A stretch of 64,000 bases of DNA. Source: Heterodontus francisci (lineage: Eukaryota). The stretch covers positions 28,604,149 to 28,668,148 of the forward strand of contig NC_090404.1 of NCBI RefSeq assembly GCF_036365525.1, read 5' to 3'. Below are positions 38,501 through 48,944 of the stretch, in pieces. The number at the start of each line of letters is the position of its first letter. Position 1 is the stretch's first letter. Below the pieces are notes generated by a model. It was not told where the DNA came from. It worked only from the letters and a program-made list of their open reading frames with translations, and did no database searches. A program made the translations under genes and the position numbers.

Positions 38501-39214
38501 GGAGCGGAGTGAACTCCGCCCACACCAGGTGTTGGTCCGAGCACGGCACCAGCCACACGGAGGCCGCCAAGACGCGGGAGACGTACGCCTGCGAAATGTA
38601 GAGGCGGTCGATTCGCGACCCCCCTCCTCCAGACCTCCACGTGAAGGCGCTGGAGTCGGGATGGAGATTCCGCCAGACGTCCACCAAGTTAAGGGAGCTG
38701 ATCAGTCCCCTCAACTTCTCCACCAACGCTTGGCCGCGCTGGGGACCGGAGCGATCCCCCCCCCCCCCCAGAGCGTGCAGTTCAAATCCCCCCCGAGGAT
38801 GATGCACTCGCCGCTATCAATGGAGCTCAAGAGAGCGGACACTTCTTCAAAGAAGCGCGCTTGCAACGCACTGGGCCTGGGCGCGTACACGTTCACAAAG
38901 TGGAGCGGCACGCTACCCAGGCGAACGGCGAGGTGGAGCAAGCGGCCCGGCACTAGCTCCTTGACCCCCAAGATCTCCGGCTGAAAAGTCGGGGCCAACA
39001 AGATAGCCACCCTACTAGAAATAGGGGTGAGGTGACTCATGTAGACCCCACCCTGCCACTCCAGGAGCCAGGTGGCTTCGTCTCCCGGAACGGTGTGGGT
39101 TTCCTGCAGAAAGCACACCGCGTATCTCCCTTCCCTAAGGACTGAGAGATTGTGAAATCTGCAGTGAGCCCCTCTGCTGCCGTTGATGTTGAGGCTGGCT
39201 ATGGTTATCTTCAT
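35513..39214 (-). pseudogene. Tx1 ORF2 (APE endonuclease, RT, C-terminal zinc-binding domain), frameshifted
   Basis: SLNING/LQETH, RIDRLY/SDQH, NWRPVSLL, DQEKAFD, QGCPMS, YADD and CTFC...H...C motifs spread over five ORFs. Frame breaks near 38760, 38070, 37590 and 35990. Confidence 0.92.
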
Positions 39215-39246
39215 GTCAAAGGTACTTCAAACCCGTCACAAACACC

Positions 39247-41289
39247 TCACTGTGAGGAGGGAGTGGAAGTGCACCTGGCCCTCCACTCCCCCAGCAACCC
39301 ATTGAGGAACACATTAAAACGGCACCTCTCAACCAGTTTCACGTCCGCGCACTTGCCCGCTATCTTAAGGGCGGCACGGACGGACTGTATGATCAGCGCC
39401 AGATTTGACCAACGGTCGAGGGCCAGCTGAACTTTATTGTGGCAACCCCTGCAAGCCGCGAGGAAATCCCGGAGTTCCGCCGTGGGGATGAGAGGAGATT
39501 CGGTGGGAGGCACAAGGGACTCCACCACCTCACTGGCGATGGAATCAAGGTCATCCTCCGTGCCCAACACCGAATCCCCATCCTCCTCCGGGTCGTCACC
39601 GCCAGCGGCCGACACATCCACCACACACTGTGGGGCAGACGTCCCGGCCGCTCCAGCTGGTCCTGCCTCTGTCATGATCCCACCCCCAGGATCGATGGCG
39701 GAGGAGTCCTCTCTGGGTTCTATTATGAAACTGGAGCCTGTGGGCGCCAGCAGTTCAGGAACCCCCTCCACCTCTGCCCCCCGGCCAATGTGTGGTCCAG
39801 GGGAGACAGAAGTTCTCGACTCCGGAAATCCAACCGGAGCCGAGACGGGAGGTGGAGGGAGGAGGCTATCTCCCGCTCCGCCAGCACCCACAGGCCCAGC
39901 AGATGGGGTAGCATTCTCAGTTTTCACCAGGTCGGGTGTCTCCTGGTTGGTGGTGGACTCCGGCTGGGAGGGCTGGCCCTCTGGGGCGTCGCCCTCCCCT
40001 TCATTTAGGGCATCCGACCCAGTAGCAGTGGCGGAATGGGCGGCTTCACCAGGCTCCCCCACCACAAGCAGGGCCCCACTTACTCCTTCAGGAGGGGCCT
40101 CATGTACCGGGGCCGTCCCCTCCCCTCCATCCTGAGGAATAGGGAGCGCCTGCCCGGACTTTGTAGCCTTGGTGTTGGCGGTCGGGGGAACCTGAGGACC
40201 AGAAACAGGAGACAGCTCCCCTCCAACAGATGGGCCCTGCACCTCAGGGCCCTGTGTTATTTCTGTGGAGGGGTGCCTTCTCCTCTTTTTCGCACTTGGG
40301 CGCGGAGACTCAGAGACCTCCATGTCATCAGAGGCCTCCGCCTCCACACCCTTTTTTTCCTTTCTTGTCACCCTCGGCCTGAGCCCAGCCCTGGGACAGG
40401 TGGATTCCATGGGAATGGGCTTTGGGCTGAGCTCAGGCTTGGGTTCAGTCAAAGTGTCCAGGGGACGCGCCTCATGATGTTTCCTTTTTCCCCGCGTCTT
40501 CCTTCCGCTCGGACGGACGCTCCCCTCCCCGCCGGAGGCTGTGAAAACCACAGCCTCCGGAACCGACTGAGCGGTGTCTATTGGATGTGTTGGGGGAGTG
40601 GGAGGAGGTGCTGTGGAACCACTCTGGGCCGCCGAGGTGGAGCTGGCGGCCGGGAGGTTGGGGCAGTTCTTACGAACATGCCCCACCCCCTTGCAGACGT
40701 GGCACCGCGCCCCGTCCGAGGTCCAAAAGACGCGGTAGGCCGTCCCCTGGAACTCCACATTAAATTGGCCCTCCGTGTCCTCCTCCCGCGCCAGCTGCAT
40801 AAATAACTGGCGGCGGAAGGAGTGGACATGTTGGAGGCTGTGCTCCCGAAGACCAAGCCGGACTGGGGTGATCCCCGACCTCACCTCCCCCAGATGGTGC
40901 AGGTGGGGGAGGAGGAGCTCACTGGGAATGAAGGGTGGGACGTTGGACAACATTATCCGATGCGCAGTGGCCCCCAGAGGGTCCACTGGCAGGAAGGTCC
41001 CCCCCACAGTGAGCCCTTTACTCAGGGCCAGGGACACCGCCCGCTCGGTCTTCAAAAAGAACACAGCCTTCCCATACATCTTTGAGGCCGCAACAATGGC
41101 CGAGGGGCCGACAACCACGGCCATTGCCTTAACGCAGGCCTCAATAGACATGTTGGGGTGGGGATAGCTCTTCACCCCATGGCTGCATGTCAACAATTTA
41201 AAGGGTGACGGGGCCACGTGGGCAGCCACTGAAGCTGCAGCTGCGTAGGTAGTAGAGGGCCCCGCCACCGGTGATGAGGGGCTTGCCAT
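39247..41289 (-). CDS. Tx1 ORF1 protein, intact (680 aa), with CCHC zinc knuckle and long disordered region
   Basis: AASKMYGKAVFFL and LSNVPPFI N-terminal motifs, and a CHVCKGVGHVRKNC knuckle. Confidence 0.9.
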   Translation of the reverse strand: MASPSSPVAGPSTTYAAAASVAAHVAPSPFKLLTCSHGVKSYPHPNMSIEACVKAMAVVVGPSAIVAASKMYGKAVFFLKTERAVSLALSKGLTVGGTFLPVDPLGATAHRIMLSNVPPFIPSELLLPHLHHLGEVRSGITPVRLGLREHSLQHVHSFRRQLFMQLAREEDTEGQFNVEFQGTAYRVFWTSDGARCHVCKGVGHVRKNCPNLPAASSTSAAQSGSTAPPPTPPTHPIDTAQSVPEAVVFTASGGEGSVRPSGRKTRGKRKHHEARPLDTLTEPKPELSPKPIPMESTCPRAGLRPRVTRKEKKGVEAEASDDMEVSESPRPSAKKRRRHPSTEITQGPEVQGPSVGGELSPVSGPQVPPTANTKATKSGQALPIPQDGGEGTAPVHEAPPEGVSGALLVVGEPGEAAHSATATGSDALNEGEGDAPEGQPSQPESTTNQETPDLVKTENATPSAGPVGAGGAGDSLLPPPPVSAPVGFPESRTSVSPGPHIGRGAEVEGVPELLAPTGSSFIIEPREDSSAIDPGGGIMTEAGPAGAAGTSAPQCVVDVSAAGGDDPEEDGDSVLGTEDDLDSIASEVVESLVPPTESPLIPTAELRDFLAACRGCHNKVQLALDRWSNLALIIQSVRAALKIAGKCADVKLVERCRFNVFLNGLLGEWRARCTSTPSSQ

Positions 41290-41946
41290 GATCTAAGAGC
41301 TAAACCCACCCCAAATTGTGGACTTGCACACCAAATATCAGCGATTCACCAAAAATATTGAATGTGGATTAAAACAAAGCAAACAAACAACAGGTTAGTG
41401 GAGAGGCTGAGGTAATAGAGGAGAGGCAAAGGCAGGCTGTATGGGATGACTTGCTTTCTGGAGGTGGTGCTCACAGTACACTTAAAACAGTCTTTGAAGT
41501 TGGTCTTCCAGTCTTCTGGTTGGGGGAGAGTCTTCACCTGGGTCAGCTGAAGCTGCCCAGGCACTATCTATCCCCTTCCGTCTGTTTAGCTGGGCAGCTT
41601 CAGCTGACCCAGGCTTGGCAATTGGGGTGGGGAGGGAGCTTTCCTGTGTGCTTTTGCAGCAGCACAGATTCCTGTTGAATTGGCAGCCCCACCCCTTGTT
41701 GTTCCAGCCACTTGTTCCTCCCCCAACAGTCCAAAGTAAATTACTTGTGTTCAGCACCCACCTCCAGACAAAGCCTTGTTTCCAAAAAAAAATGTCTCTT
41801 CTCTTTAATGGAGACTGTTGTTGAAGTTTCACCTCTGCTTAGTTGTAGCTGCTCTCCCTTGCTCAGTGTAGCTCCTCTCTCCACCTCTGCAACCTCCAAC
41901 TGCCACCAGCACTCTCAGCTGAGGCTCGTTGCTGCAATAAGCAGTC

Positions 41947-42010
41947 AACCCCCGTGCGTTACCTGTCCTGGGAGTGTTTACAGGGACAGTGTAGCGGGAA
42001 CTTTACTCTG
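41947..42010. repeat. ~65-bp repeat unit, right flank of the Tx1 insertion
   Basis: AACCCCCGTGCGTTACCTGTCCTGGGAGTGTTTACAGGGACAGTGTAGCGGGAACTTTACTCTG. Confidence 0.8.
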
Positions 42011-42044
42011 CTTCCCGGCCAGAATCAGCAGCTTCAGGAGAGGA

Positions 42045-42610
42045 ACATAAATAGGAGCAGGAGTAGGCTACACACGCCTTTGAGTCTGCTCCACCCTCGT
42101 TAAGATCATGACAGATCTTCTACCTCAACACCACTCTTCTGCAGTATCCCGAGATTCCTTGACTCCCTTAGTATCCAAGCAGTTATCTATCTCTGTGCTG
42201 ACTATACTCAATTACTGTGCATCCACAGCCCTTTGGGTGGGAAATTGTAATCCTCTTGTTGAAAACATTTTTCATCATGTCAGCTGAGCACAACTTTCCC
42301 AATGGCAATTAGGGATGGACAACAAGTGCTAGCCTTGTCAGCTATGTTCACATCACATGAAAGAATAAAATAAAATTTAAAAAAAATCTAAATGGCTGAA
42401 CTCTTGTGAGAATGTGACCTTGAGTTTTAGACACACCAGCCAGGGGACACATATTCCCAGCATCTTCTCTGTCAAGTCCCTGAGGATTTCATATGTTTCA
42501 ATAGACCACTACTACTTCATCAAGCTCAAAGTAATATAGGCCTCTTCTCCTCATAGGACAATCATAAGAATCAGTCCTGAGAGCCTTCTTTGCACTCCCT
42601 CTCAGGCAAG
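42045..42610 (-). mobile_element. CR1 3' fragment
   Basis: Reverse-complement CR1 3' UTR (AATAGGAGCAGGAGTAGGC) followed by degraded RT tail. Confidence 0.75.
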
Positions 42611-43099
42611 TAAACCGAAGTGATATTAATCAGATCCAGGACTCAACGATCACAGAGGGCCCATGCATTTGGGTTTCTGTATGAGTTATTTAATAATTGC
42701 ATCACAATCCAACCACAGAGCATCATTTTCATTACTAATTGGGGCTGATAATGGCGGGTCTATTACCTAGCATTCCCTGCGGCAGTGACTGTTTCCCATT
42801 CACTACAGGAGCCTGGCACACAGGCGCAGTACTGGCCTGTATCTGGGGCATGCGTAGTGTCACTGTGATCAGAGCTGTGCAAGTGCTGGAGGTGAGTGTC
42901 GGCAGGGCGCAGAAGAGGAATGGAGCCGGTGGGCGGGCTGGGAAGCTTCATAAACACCTGGAGTCGGACTGAGGCCCACAATAACAGGGGGAGCGGGGCA
43001 CTGGCTGCCTGCCATCTTGGACAGGGTGGGGTGCAGCCATCTTGGTGAGGGCATAGAGAGTGGGCGGGGCTTCAGGATCTATTCCCAAACGGGTCCGAG

Positions 43100-43500
43100 T
43101 GTTTGGGAAATGGATCATCCCCGACAACCGGGTTTTAAGCAGCTTCACCCACTCCCAGACTCTATGTGATGTTTGCAGCCTAGAGGAGTCCATGGGCCAT
43201 GTAGCTATTCAGTGTGAGAGGTTACAGTCCCTGAGGGGCTGCTCCTCAACTTTCAGTTCCAGTTTAGTCTCACTCTCCCAATCGTTGGTCTCTGGGTGTG
43301 GAGGGGGTGTGGGTAGGTTAGAGGACCTGCTCGTAGACCTGGTTATTGCAGCGATGTGTAGGTCCAGGATGTGCTGGGACCACGCTGTGGGTGGGGGAGT
43401 CACTCTGGCTGCCAGCCTCTCTTCCGTGGTCTTGTCTGTGCCCGGGTGGCCCTGGAGAGGGAGCACACTTAATATCTTCTGTGCCCAGTGAGCACCTCAG
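43100..43500 (+). mobile_element. Old L1-Tx1 3'-end relic (unit P5), not interrupted by CR1
   Basis: NRVLSSFTHSQTLCDVCSLEESMGHVAIQCERLQSL and EDLLVDLV in ORF 43060..43491. Confidence 0.8.
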
Positions 43501-43567
43501 GGTTCAGAGTGTCTCACAGACACTGGTAACAACATTCTGGTTTAGTTGGGATGGTTCCCTTCGCTTT

Positions 43568-44030
43568 AAGCACTTTACATCCTTCTGGATTCAACATTGA
43601 GTTCAACAGTTTCAGACCATGAACCCCATTTTGATTGTTTATTTTAAACCATTTGCTGGTCTTAAACTTGTTTTTCATGTTTGTGCTTTTGGACAGAGCT
43701 GTTCATTATTCTGCCATTAACACTCACTCTGGACAAATGCTCTGTCTTTTCCTGCAACTTATTAGTACTCCCTTTGCCTTGTGGTCCGTGACATCCTTTT
43801 AATTGAATCTCTCCCACCTTCACAGACCTTCCGTTTTGTTCTTCCTCCCCCTCTCCCTCCCTTTGCTCAAAGCCTGTTGCATTTCTATCCTTTGCCAGTT
43901 CTGATGAAAGGTCATCTACCTGAAATGTTAACTCTGTTTCTCTCTCTACAGATGCTTCCAGACCTGCTGAGTTTTCCAGTACTTTCTGTTGTTAGTTCAG
44001 AATTCCAGCATCTGCAGTATTTTGCTTTTA
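43568..44030 (+). mobile_element. Penelope-like element 3' fragment with minimal hammerhead motif
   Basis: TLHPSGFNIEFNSFR resembles a Penelope ORF C-terminus. CTGATGA-stem-GAAA at 43901-43925. Imperfect ~13-bp TSD TTCCCTTCGCTTT/TTCCCTGTGCTTT. Confidence 0.7.
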
Positions 44031-44199
44031 TTCCCTGTGCTTTTGTTGGGACTTGGTTGTTTATTTTGCTTCTTTTAGTTTGAATGGACCGTGTTTTGGG
44101 GAGCAAGATATGAAATAATGTTCTGTAGAAACTAGAATTGTCTGTTCTGAATTTCTATTCTGTACTCACAGTAATTACTTTTGTAAACTCCTTTTACAG

Positions 44200-44898
44200 G
44201 GTATTAGAAGGGGAGAATTTACAGACTGGAAACTCAAACCAAAAAACATCACATCAGGACCTGACAGCCACTCGATTCATCAGGTCCTGAATATCATCGG
44301 CCTTTGAATGTGGAAGGAGAAATGTTTGTCTGTTCTGTCTGTGGGAAAAGATTTCAAACATCAGTGTGACTGGAAAAGCACCGAGACACACACACACCCG
44401 AGTGAGTGTGTTCCAGTGACTGACTGTGGAAAGAGCTTTAACCAGTTACACAGCCTGAAACAACATCACACCATTCACAATGGGGAGAAACTGTACACGT
44501 GTTCTGTGTGTGGACGAGGCTTCAACTGATCATCCAACCTGGAGAGACACAAGGACACCCACACCACGGAGAAACCGTGGAAATGTGGAGACTGTGGGAA
44601 GGGATTCAGTTACCCATCAGAACTGGAAATTCATGGCGCACTCACACTGGGGAGAGGCCGTTCACCTGCTCCATGTGTGGAAAGGGATTCACTCGGTCAT
44701 CAACCTGCTGACTAACATATTCAGACGGGTGAGAGGCCATTCACCTGCACTGAGTGTAGGAACAGATTCACTCAGTTATCCAACCTGCTGGCACACCAGC
44801 AAGTTCACACTGGGGAGAGGTCGTTCACGTGCACCATGTGTGCGAAGAGATTCACTCAGTCTGCCAAACTCCTGACACACCAGCGAGTTCACAAGTGA
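44200..44898 (+). pseudogene. ZNF pseudogene (unit P5)
   Basis: Acceptor CTTTTACAG|, VLEGENLQ leader and about 7 fingers with TGA stops (44367, 44527) and frameshifts. Ends HQRVHK*. Confidence 0.85.
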
Positions 44899-45239
44899 CT
44901 GCGGGGTTTGGATTCTGCTCTTGCTGCTTTTAATCACATCCAGGACTGAACCATGTTCATTCTGATGGTTAAAGAAAGATCTGCATGTATACAGCACCTT
45001 CCACTACCTCAGGACATGTCAAAGTGTTTTACAGACAATGAAGTAGGATTGAGGTGTAGTCACTGTTATAATGTAGGAAACACAGCAGCCAATTGCACAC
45101 AGCAAACTCTCTGGAGTGGGACTTGAACCCACAACCTTCTGACTGAGAGGCGACAATGGTAACAACTGAGTCACAGTCAGGGTTCATTTGTGTTGATGTG
45201 AACTGGTGTTAGGATCACTGGACCTTGTAACATGATTAT

Positions 45240-46043
45240 GGGCTGGATTTTTACCAAGCCCCCGTCGGCTCCGTGGTGGGGTGATGGGAAGATAGTTCTG
45301 GCAGAGGCCCACCATGGATACTGACGCCAGGAGGGCCCAGCCTGATCCTTGCAGAAGTGAGGCTCCATGGCTGCAACTCTGCCGCTGGGTGAAAAGCAGG
45401 AGTGACACTGGTGGAGAGGGGGGAGGAGCTAAGATTGTTACTGCAGGGCCGGGAGGTCAAATAAGCATCATCAGTGCAGGGGATGGTGGGAAGGGGTGAA
45501 CTTTGTGCAGTCTTGGGGTGGGGGGAGGTCAGAATTCAAAAGTGTGTTGAGGGGGGGCGGGGGGGGGGGGGGGGGGGGAAGGGCAAACACACTGTCATTT
45601 TTATTGGGAAGGGGCGTTACAGTTTTATGATGTAAATTTTGGCGGGGGGGGTGGTGGGGTTTCAATTTAAAAATTCAAATTTGCAGGTCGGGCTGCCTGC
45701 CCTTTAAAAAGGGAATTGGTAACTAATGCCCTTGCCGGCGACGGACATCCCGTCCCCTCCACGTGATTGGGCGTGTGGGTCGCCCCAGCTATTTAAATAA
45801 GCACTGTGGGTGAAGGGTCACTGACCCGAAACGTTAACTCTGCTTCTCTTTCCACAGATGCTGCCAGACCTGCTGAGTGGTTCCAGCATTTCTTGTTTTT
45901 ATTTCAGATTTCCAGCATCCGCAGTATTTTGCTTTTATTTAAATAAGCTGCCGCGCGGGAGATAGCCCTGGCTTTTTGGTGTGCGGGAATCCAGTTTTTG
46001 AGCTCCCCGCCGGCAGATACGGCAGGCTCTTAAAATCCAGCCC
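45240..46043. mobile_element. MITE with GGGCTGGATTTT TIRs (PIF/Harbinger-like), containing a Penelope-terminus insertion (45803-45935)
   Basis: TIRs GGGCTGGATTTT / AAAATCCAGCCC. The inner insertion is flanked by an exact 13-bp TSD, TATTTAAATAAGC (45790-45802 and 45936-45948). Confidence 0.75.
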
Positions 46044-46454
46044 CATGTCTTATAGATTGTTATTTTTTGTGGCTTCAAGCAGGCTGTAAGATGAGAATCC
46101 ATCGGGGTGAGGCCTCAAGGGAAGCTGCAAGAGAAGGCACCCAGCAGGGGCAGAGAGAGAGTGAGAGTAAACGCCTGCTCTCTGAAGATATACAGTGAAA
46201 GGCTGTGGAAACACGTGAACCTGTTTCTTGAGAGCAGATGTTTGCGGAGGAGTAAAAGGCCAACAGGATCATCGGAAATCACATTATCCATAGATGTCCA
46301 GGTCAGAAGTGCTTGGAGAAGCGAGTGAAAGAAAATATTGTTTTTTGAAAAGTCTGGGAGATCCAGCACATTGAGAGGAATCTGGGACTTTTGACCACAA
46401 AGGATTTTGTCATCAGAAAGGACTGTGTAATGTATCAGTGTGGCGTATCAGAGC

Positions 46455-46920
46455 CCATTCCTAATTGCCCTTGAGGAGGTGGTGGTGAGCAGCCTTCTTG
46501 AACCGCTACAGTCCATCTGGTATGGATACACCCACAGTGCTGTTAGGAAGGGAGTTCCAGAATTTTGACCCAGCGACAGTAAAAGAACAGTGACATAGTT
46601 TCAAGTCACAATGGTGTGTGGCTTGATCAGGTTACAGTGCATATTTATGTGGTACACACTGATGCCATTGTGTGCCAGAGGTAGAGGGAATGAATGTTTA
46701 AGGTGGTGGATGGGTGCTGATCAAGCAGATTGCTTTGGCCTGGAAGATGTTGAGCTTCTTCAGTGTTGTCAGAGCTGCACCCATTCAGGCAAGTGGAGAG
46801 TATTCTATCACACTCCTGACTTATGCCTTGTAGATGGTGGACAGGCTTTGGGAGGTCAGGAGGTGAGTTACTTGCCACAGAATTCCCAGCCTCTGACCTG
46901 CTCTTGTAGCCACAGTACTT
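46455..46920 (-). mobile_element. Non-LTR 3' fragment, same family as 31385-31850 and 63575-64000
   Basis: Shared CCTAATTGCCCTTGAG.AGGTGGTGGTGAGC sequence. Confidence 0.8.
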
Positions 46921-47075
46921 GTAAATGGATCAGTAATGGGGACTGGGCAGAGAGTGTCTGTAAATAGAGGGGAAATGGGGACGAGTCAGGGAGCGTCTGT
47001 AAATAGAGAAGGACTGGTCAGGGAGCATCTGTAAATGGAGGAGAAATGGGTATTGGTCAGGGAATGTTTGTAAAT
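46920..47075. repeat. Degenerate ~33-38 bp minisatellite
   Basis: Recurring TGTAAAT...GGG.A.TGGTCAGGGAG..TC units, about 4-5 copies. Confidence 0.7.
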
Positions 47076-47099
47076 GACAGAGGAGTGGTAAACAGTTAG

Positions 47100-47960
47100 G
47101 GTGGTACCAAATATCTGGAGGATATTGACAGACTGATGCAATGGGCAGATACATGGCAGATGAAATTTAATGCAGAAAAATACTGAGTAATATATTTTGG
47201 AAGAAAGAACGAGGAGAGGCAATATAAACTAAATAATACAATTTTAAACAGAGGGTAGGATCGGAGAGACGTGGGGGTGCCTGAACACAAATCTTTGAAA
47301 GTGGCAGGAAAAATTAAGGAAGCTGTTTAAACACAGACCAGACCCTTAGCTTTATAAATAGAAGCCTAAAGTACAGAGGCAAGGAGGCTCTGCTAAACCT
47401 TTATAAATCACTAGTTAGATCTCAGCTAGAGTATTGTGTCCAGTTCTGGGCACCAGACTTTAGAAAAGAATCAAGGCCTTGGAGAGGGTGCAGAGGAGAT
47501 TTATAGAATGATACCAGGGATGAGGGGTTTCAGTTCTCTGGAGAGGCTGGGATTGTTCTCCTGAGAGCAGAGAAGGTTAAGGGGAGATTTAATAGACATG
47601 TTCAAAATGATGAGGGATTTTCATTGAGTAGAGAGGGAGACACTGTTTCCACTGGCAGGAGGGTCAGTAACCAGAGGACAGAGATTTAAAATAATTGACC
47701 AATAAAGCCAGTGGGAGGAGGTGAGGAGAAATGTTTTTCGGCAGCGAGTTGTTCTGATCTGGAATTCACTGCCTGAAAGGGTGGAGGAAGCAGAATCAAT
47801 AATAACTTTCAAAAGGGAATTGGATAAAAACTTCAGAGGGGAAATTTTTCAATGCTATGGGGAAAGAGTAGGGGAGTGGGACTAATTGGATAGTTCTTTC
47901 AGAGAGCCAGCACAGACATGATGGACCGAATGGCCTCCTTCTGAGTGTATGATTACATGA
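47100..47960 (+). mobile_element. CR1 3' fragment
   Basis: WQMKFNAEK and EYCVQFWAP remnants, plus a CR1 3' UTR. Confidence 0.85.
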
Positions 47961-48629
47961 AATGGAGATGATCGAGGAGCATCTGCATAAGCAGTGCAGA
48001 ATGCTCAGTGAGAGCCCATCACCAGATCTGGGAAATGTACAATGGACAGGGAGGGCCAGAGTGTTGAAGGAGAGGGAGAGAGCACGTACACACAGACAGA
48101 GTCAGCACCTTCAGGAGAAGAGAGGGAGGGGGGAACCAGTGAGTGTAGAACTGAACCCAGTCAGATTCAGCTGTTACACTCACAGAAGGAGCAAAAATGA
48201 AGTGAACTGGAGCAGTTATGAACTATAAAAAATGAACTGGTGAGTTAAACTCCAAAACATGGACACATTGCTGCAGACAAGATTGGGTAGGGGGCAGGTG
48301 ACTCCCCTCCTGTAATACAAAATACATCTGGACTGTTGGAGACCAAAACCCATCATCACATCTGGTCCAGCCCTGGGAAGACATTAAAATGGGAAACAGG
48401 CAACTCAAAGGCTTTGAAGCTCAATTATCAAAGACCCTGGCAGAGAGGGAGACTGTGGATTCAAAAGCAAAATAATAGGTGTGACCTAACACCACGGTAT
48501 CATGATGAGCCATCTTCAAACCCCATTTTTAACAATGGTGCACGTTCAAAGACATTGTATAAACTCTGCAGGGGAGAGTATTCTTTGGTCGCATGACTGA
48601 AACCAAGCTGAGAAGGCTTTTCTTTAAAG

Positions 48630-48850
48630 TTAGAGTCATAGAGAGATACAGCACTGAAACAGGCCCTTCGGCCCACCGAGTCTGTGCCGACCATCAACCA
48701 CCCATTTATACTAATCCTGCATGAATCCCATATTCCTTACCACATCCCCACCTTCCCTCAATTCTCATACCACCTACCTACACTGGCGGCAATTTACAAT
48801 GGCCAATTTACCTATCAACCTGCCAGTCTTTGGCTGTGGGAGGAAACCGG
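48630..48850 (-). mobile_element. HE1-like V-SINE 3' part
   Basis: GAGATACAGCACTGAAACAGGCCCTTCGGCCCACCGAGTCTGTG tail shared with the other copies. Confidence 0.75.
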
Positions 48851-48944
48851 AGAAATAGAGAGAGACTGAAGGCCATACTTCCAGCCAGAGAAGCTGTGAG
48901 GCTGACCAGCTGAGCAAAGGTGCCCTGCCTGCAAATACATAGAA

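Larger units (their letters stand above)
35368..41946 (-). mobile_element. Young, essentially full-length L1-Tx1 clade non-LTR retrotransposon
   Basis: Poly(A) tail (T-run 35368-35386), 3' UTR, ORF2, a 32-nt spacer, ORF1 and a ~650-bp 5' UTR. High CpG content indicates recent insertion. Confidence 0.93.

Noticed and set aside
36073-41167. Long plus-strand ORFs (e.g. 36102..37358, 40036..40806)
   Set aside because: Antisense shadows of GC-rich Tx1 ORFs with no recognisable motifs.
35302-42010. The ~65-bp flanking repeats as one long TSD or as LTRs of the Tx1 element
   Set aside because: The two copies are clearly more diverged than the young element and are phase-shifted like consecutive tandem units.
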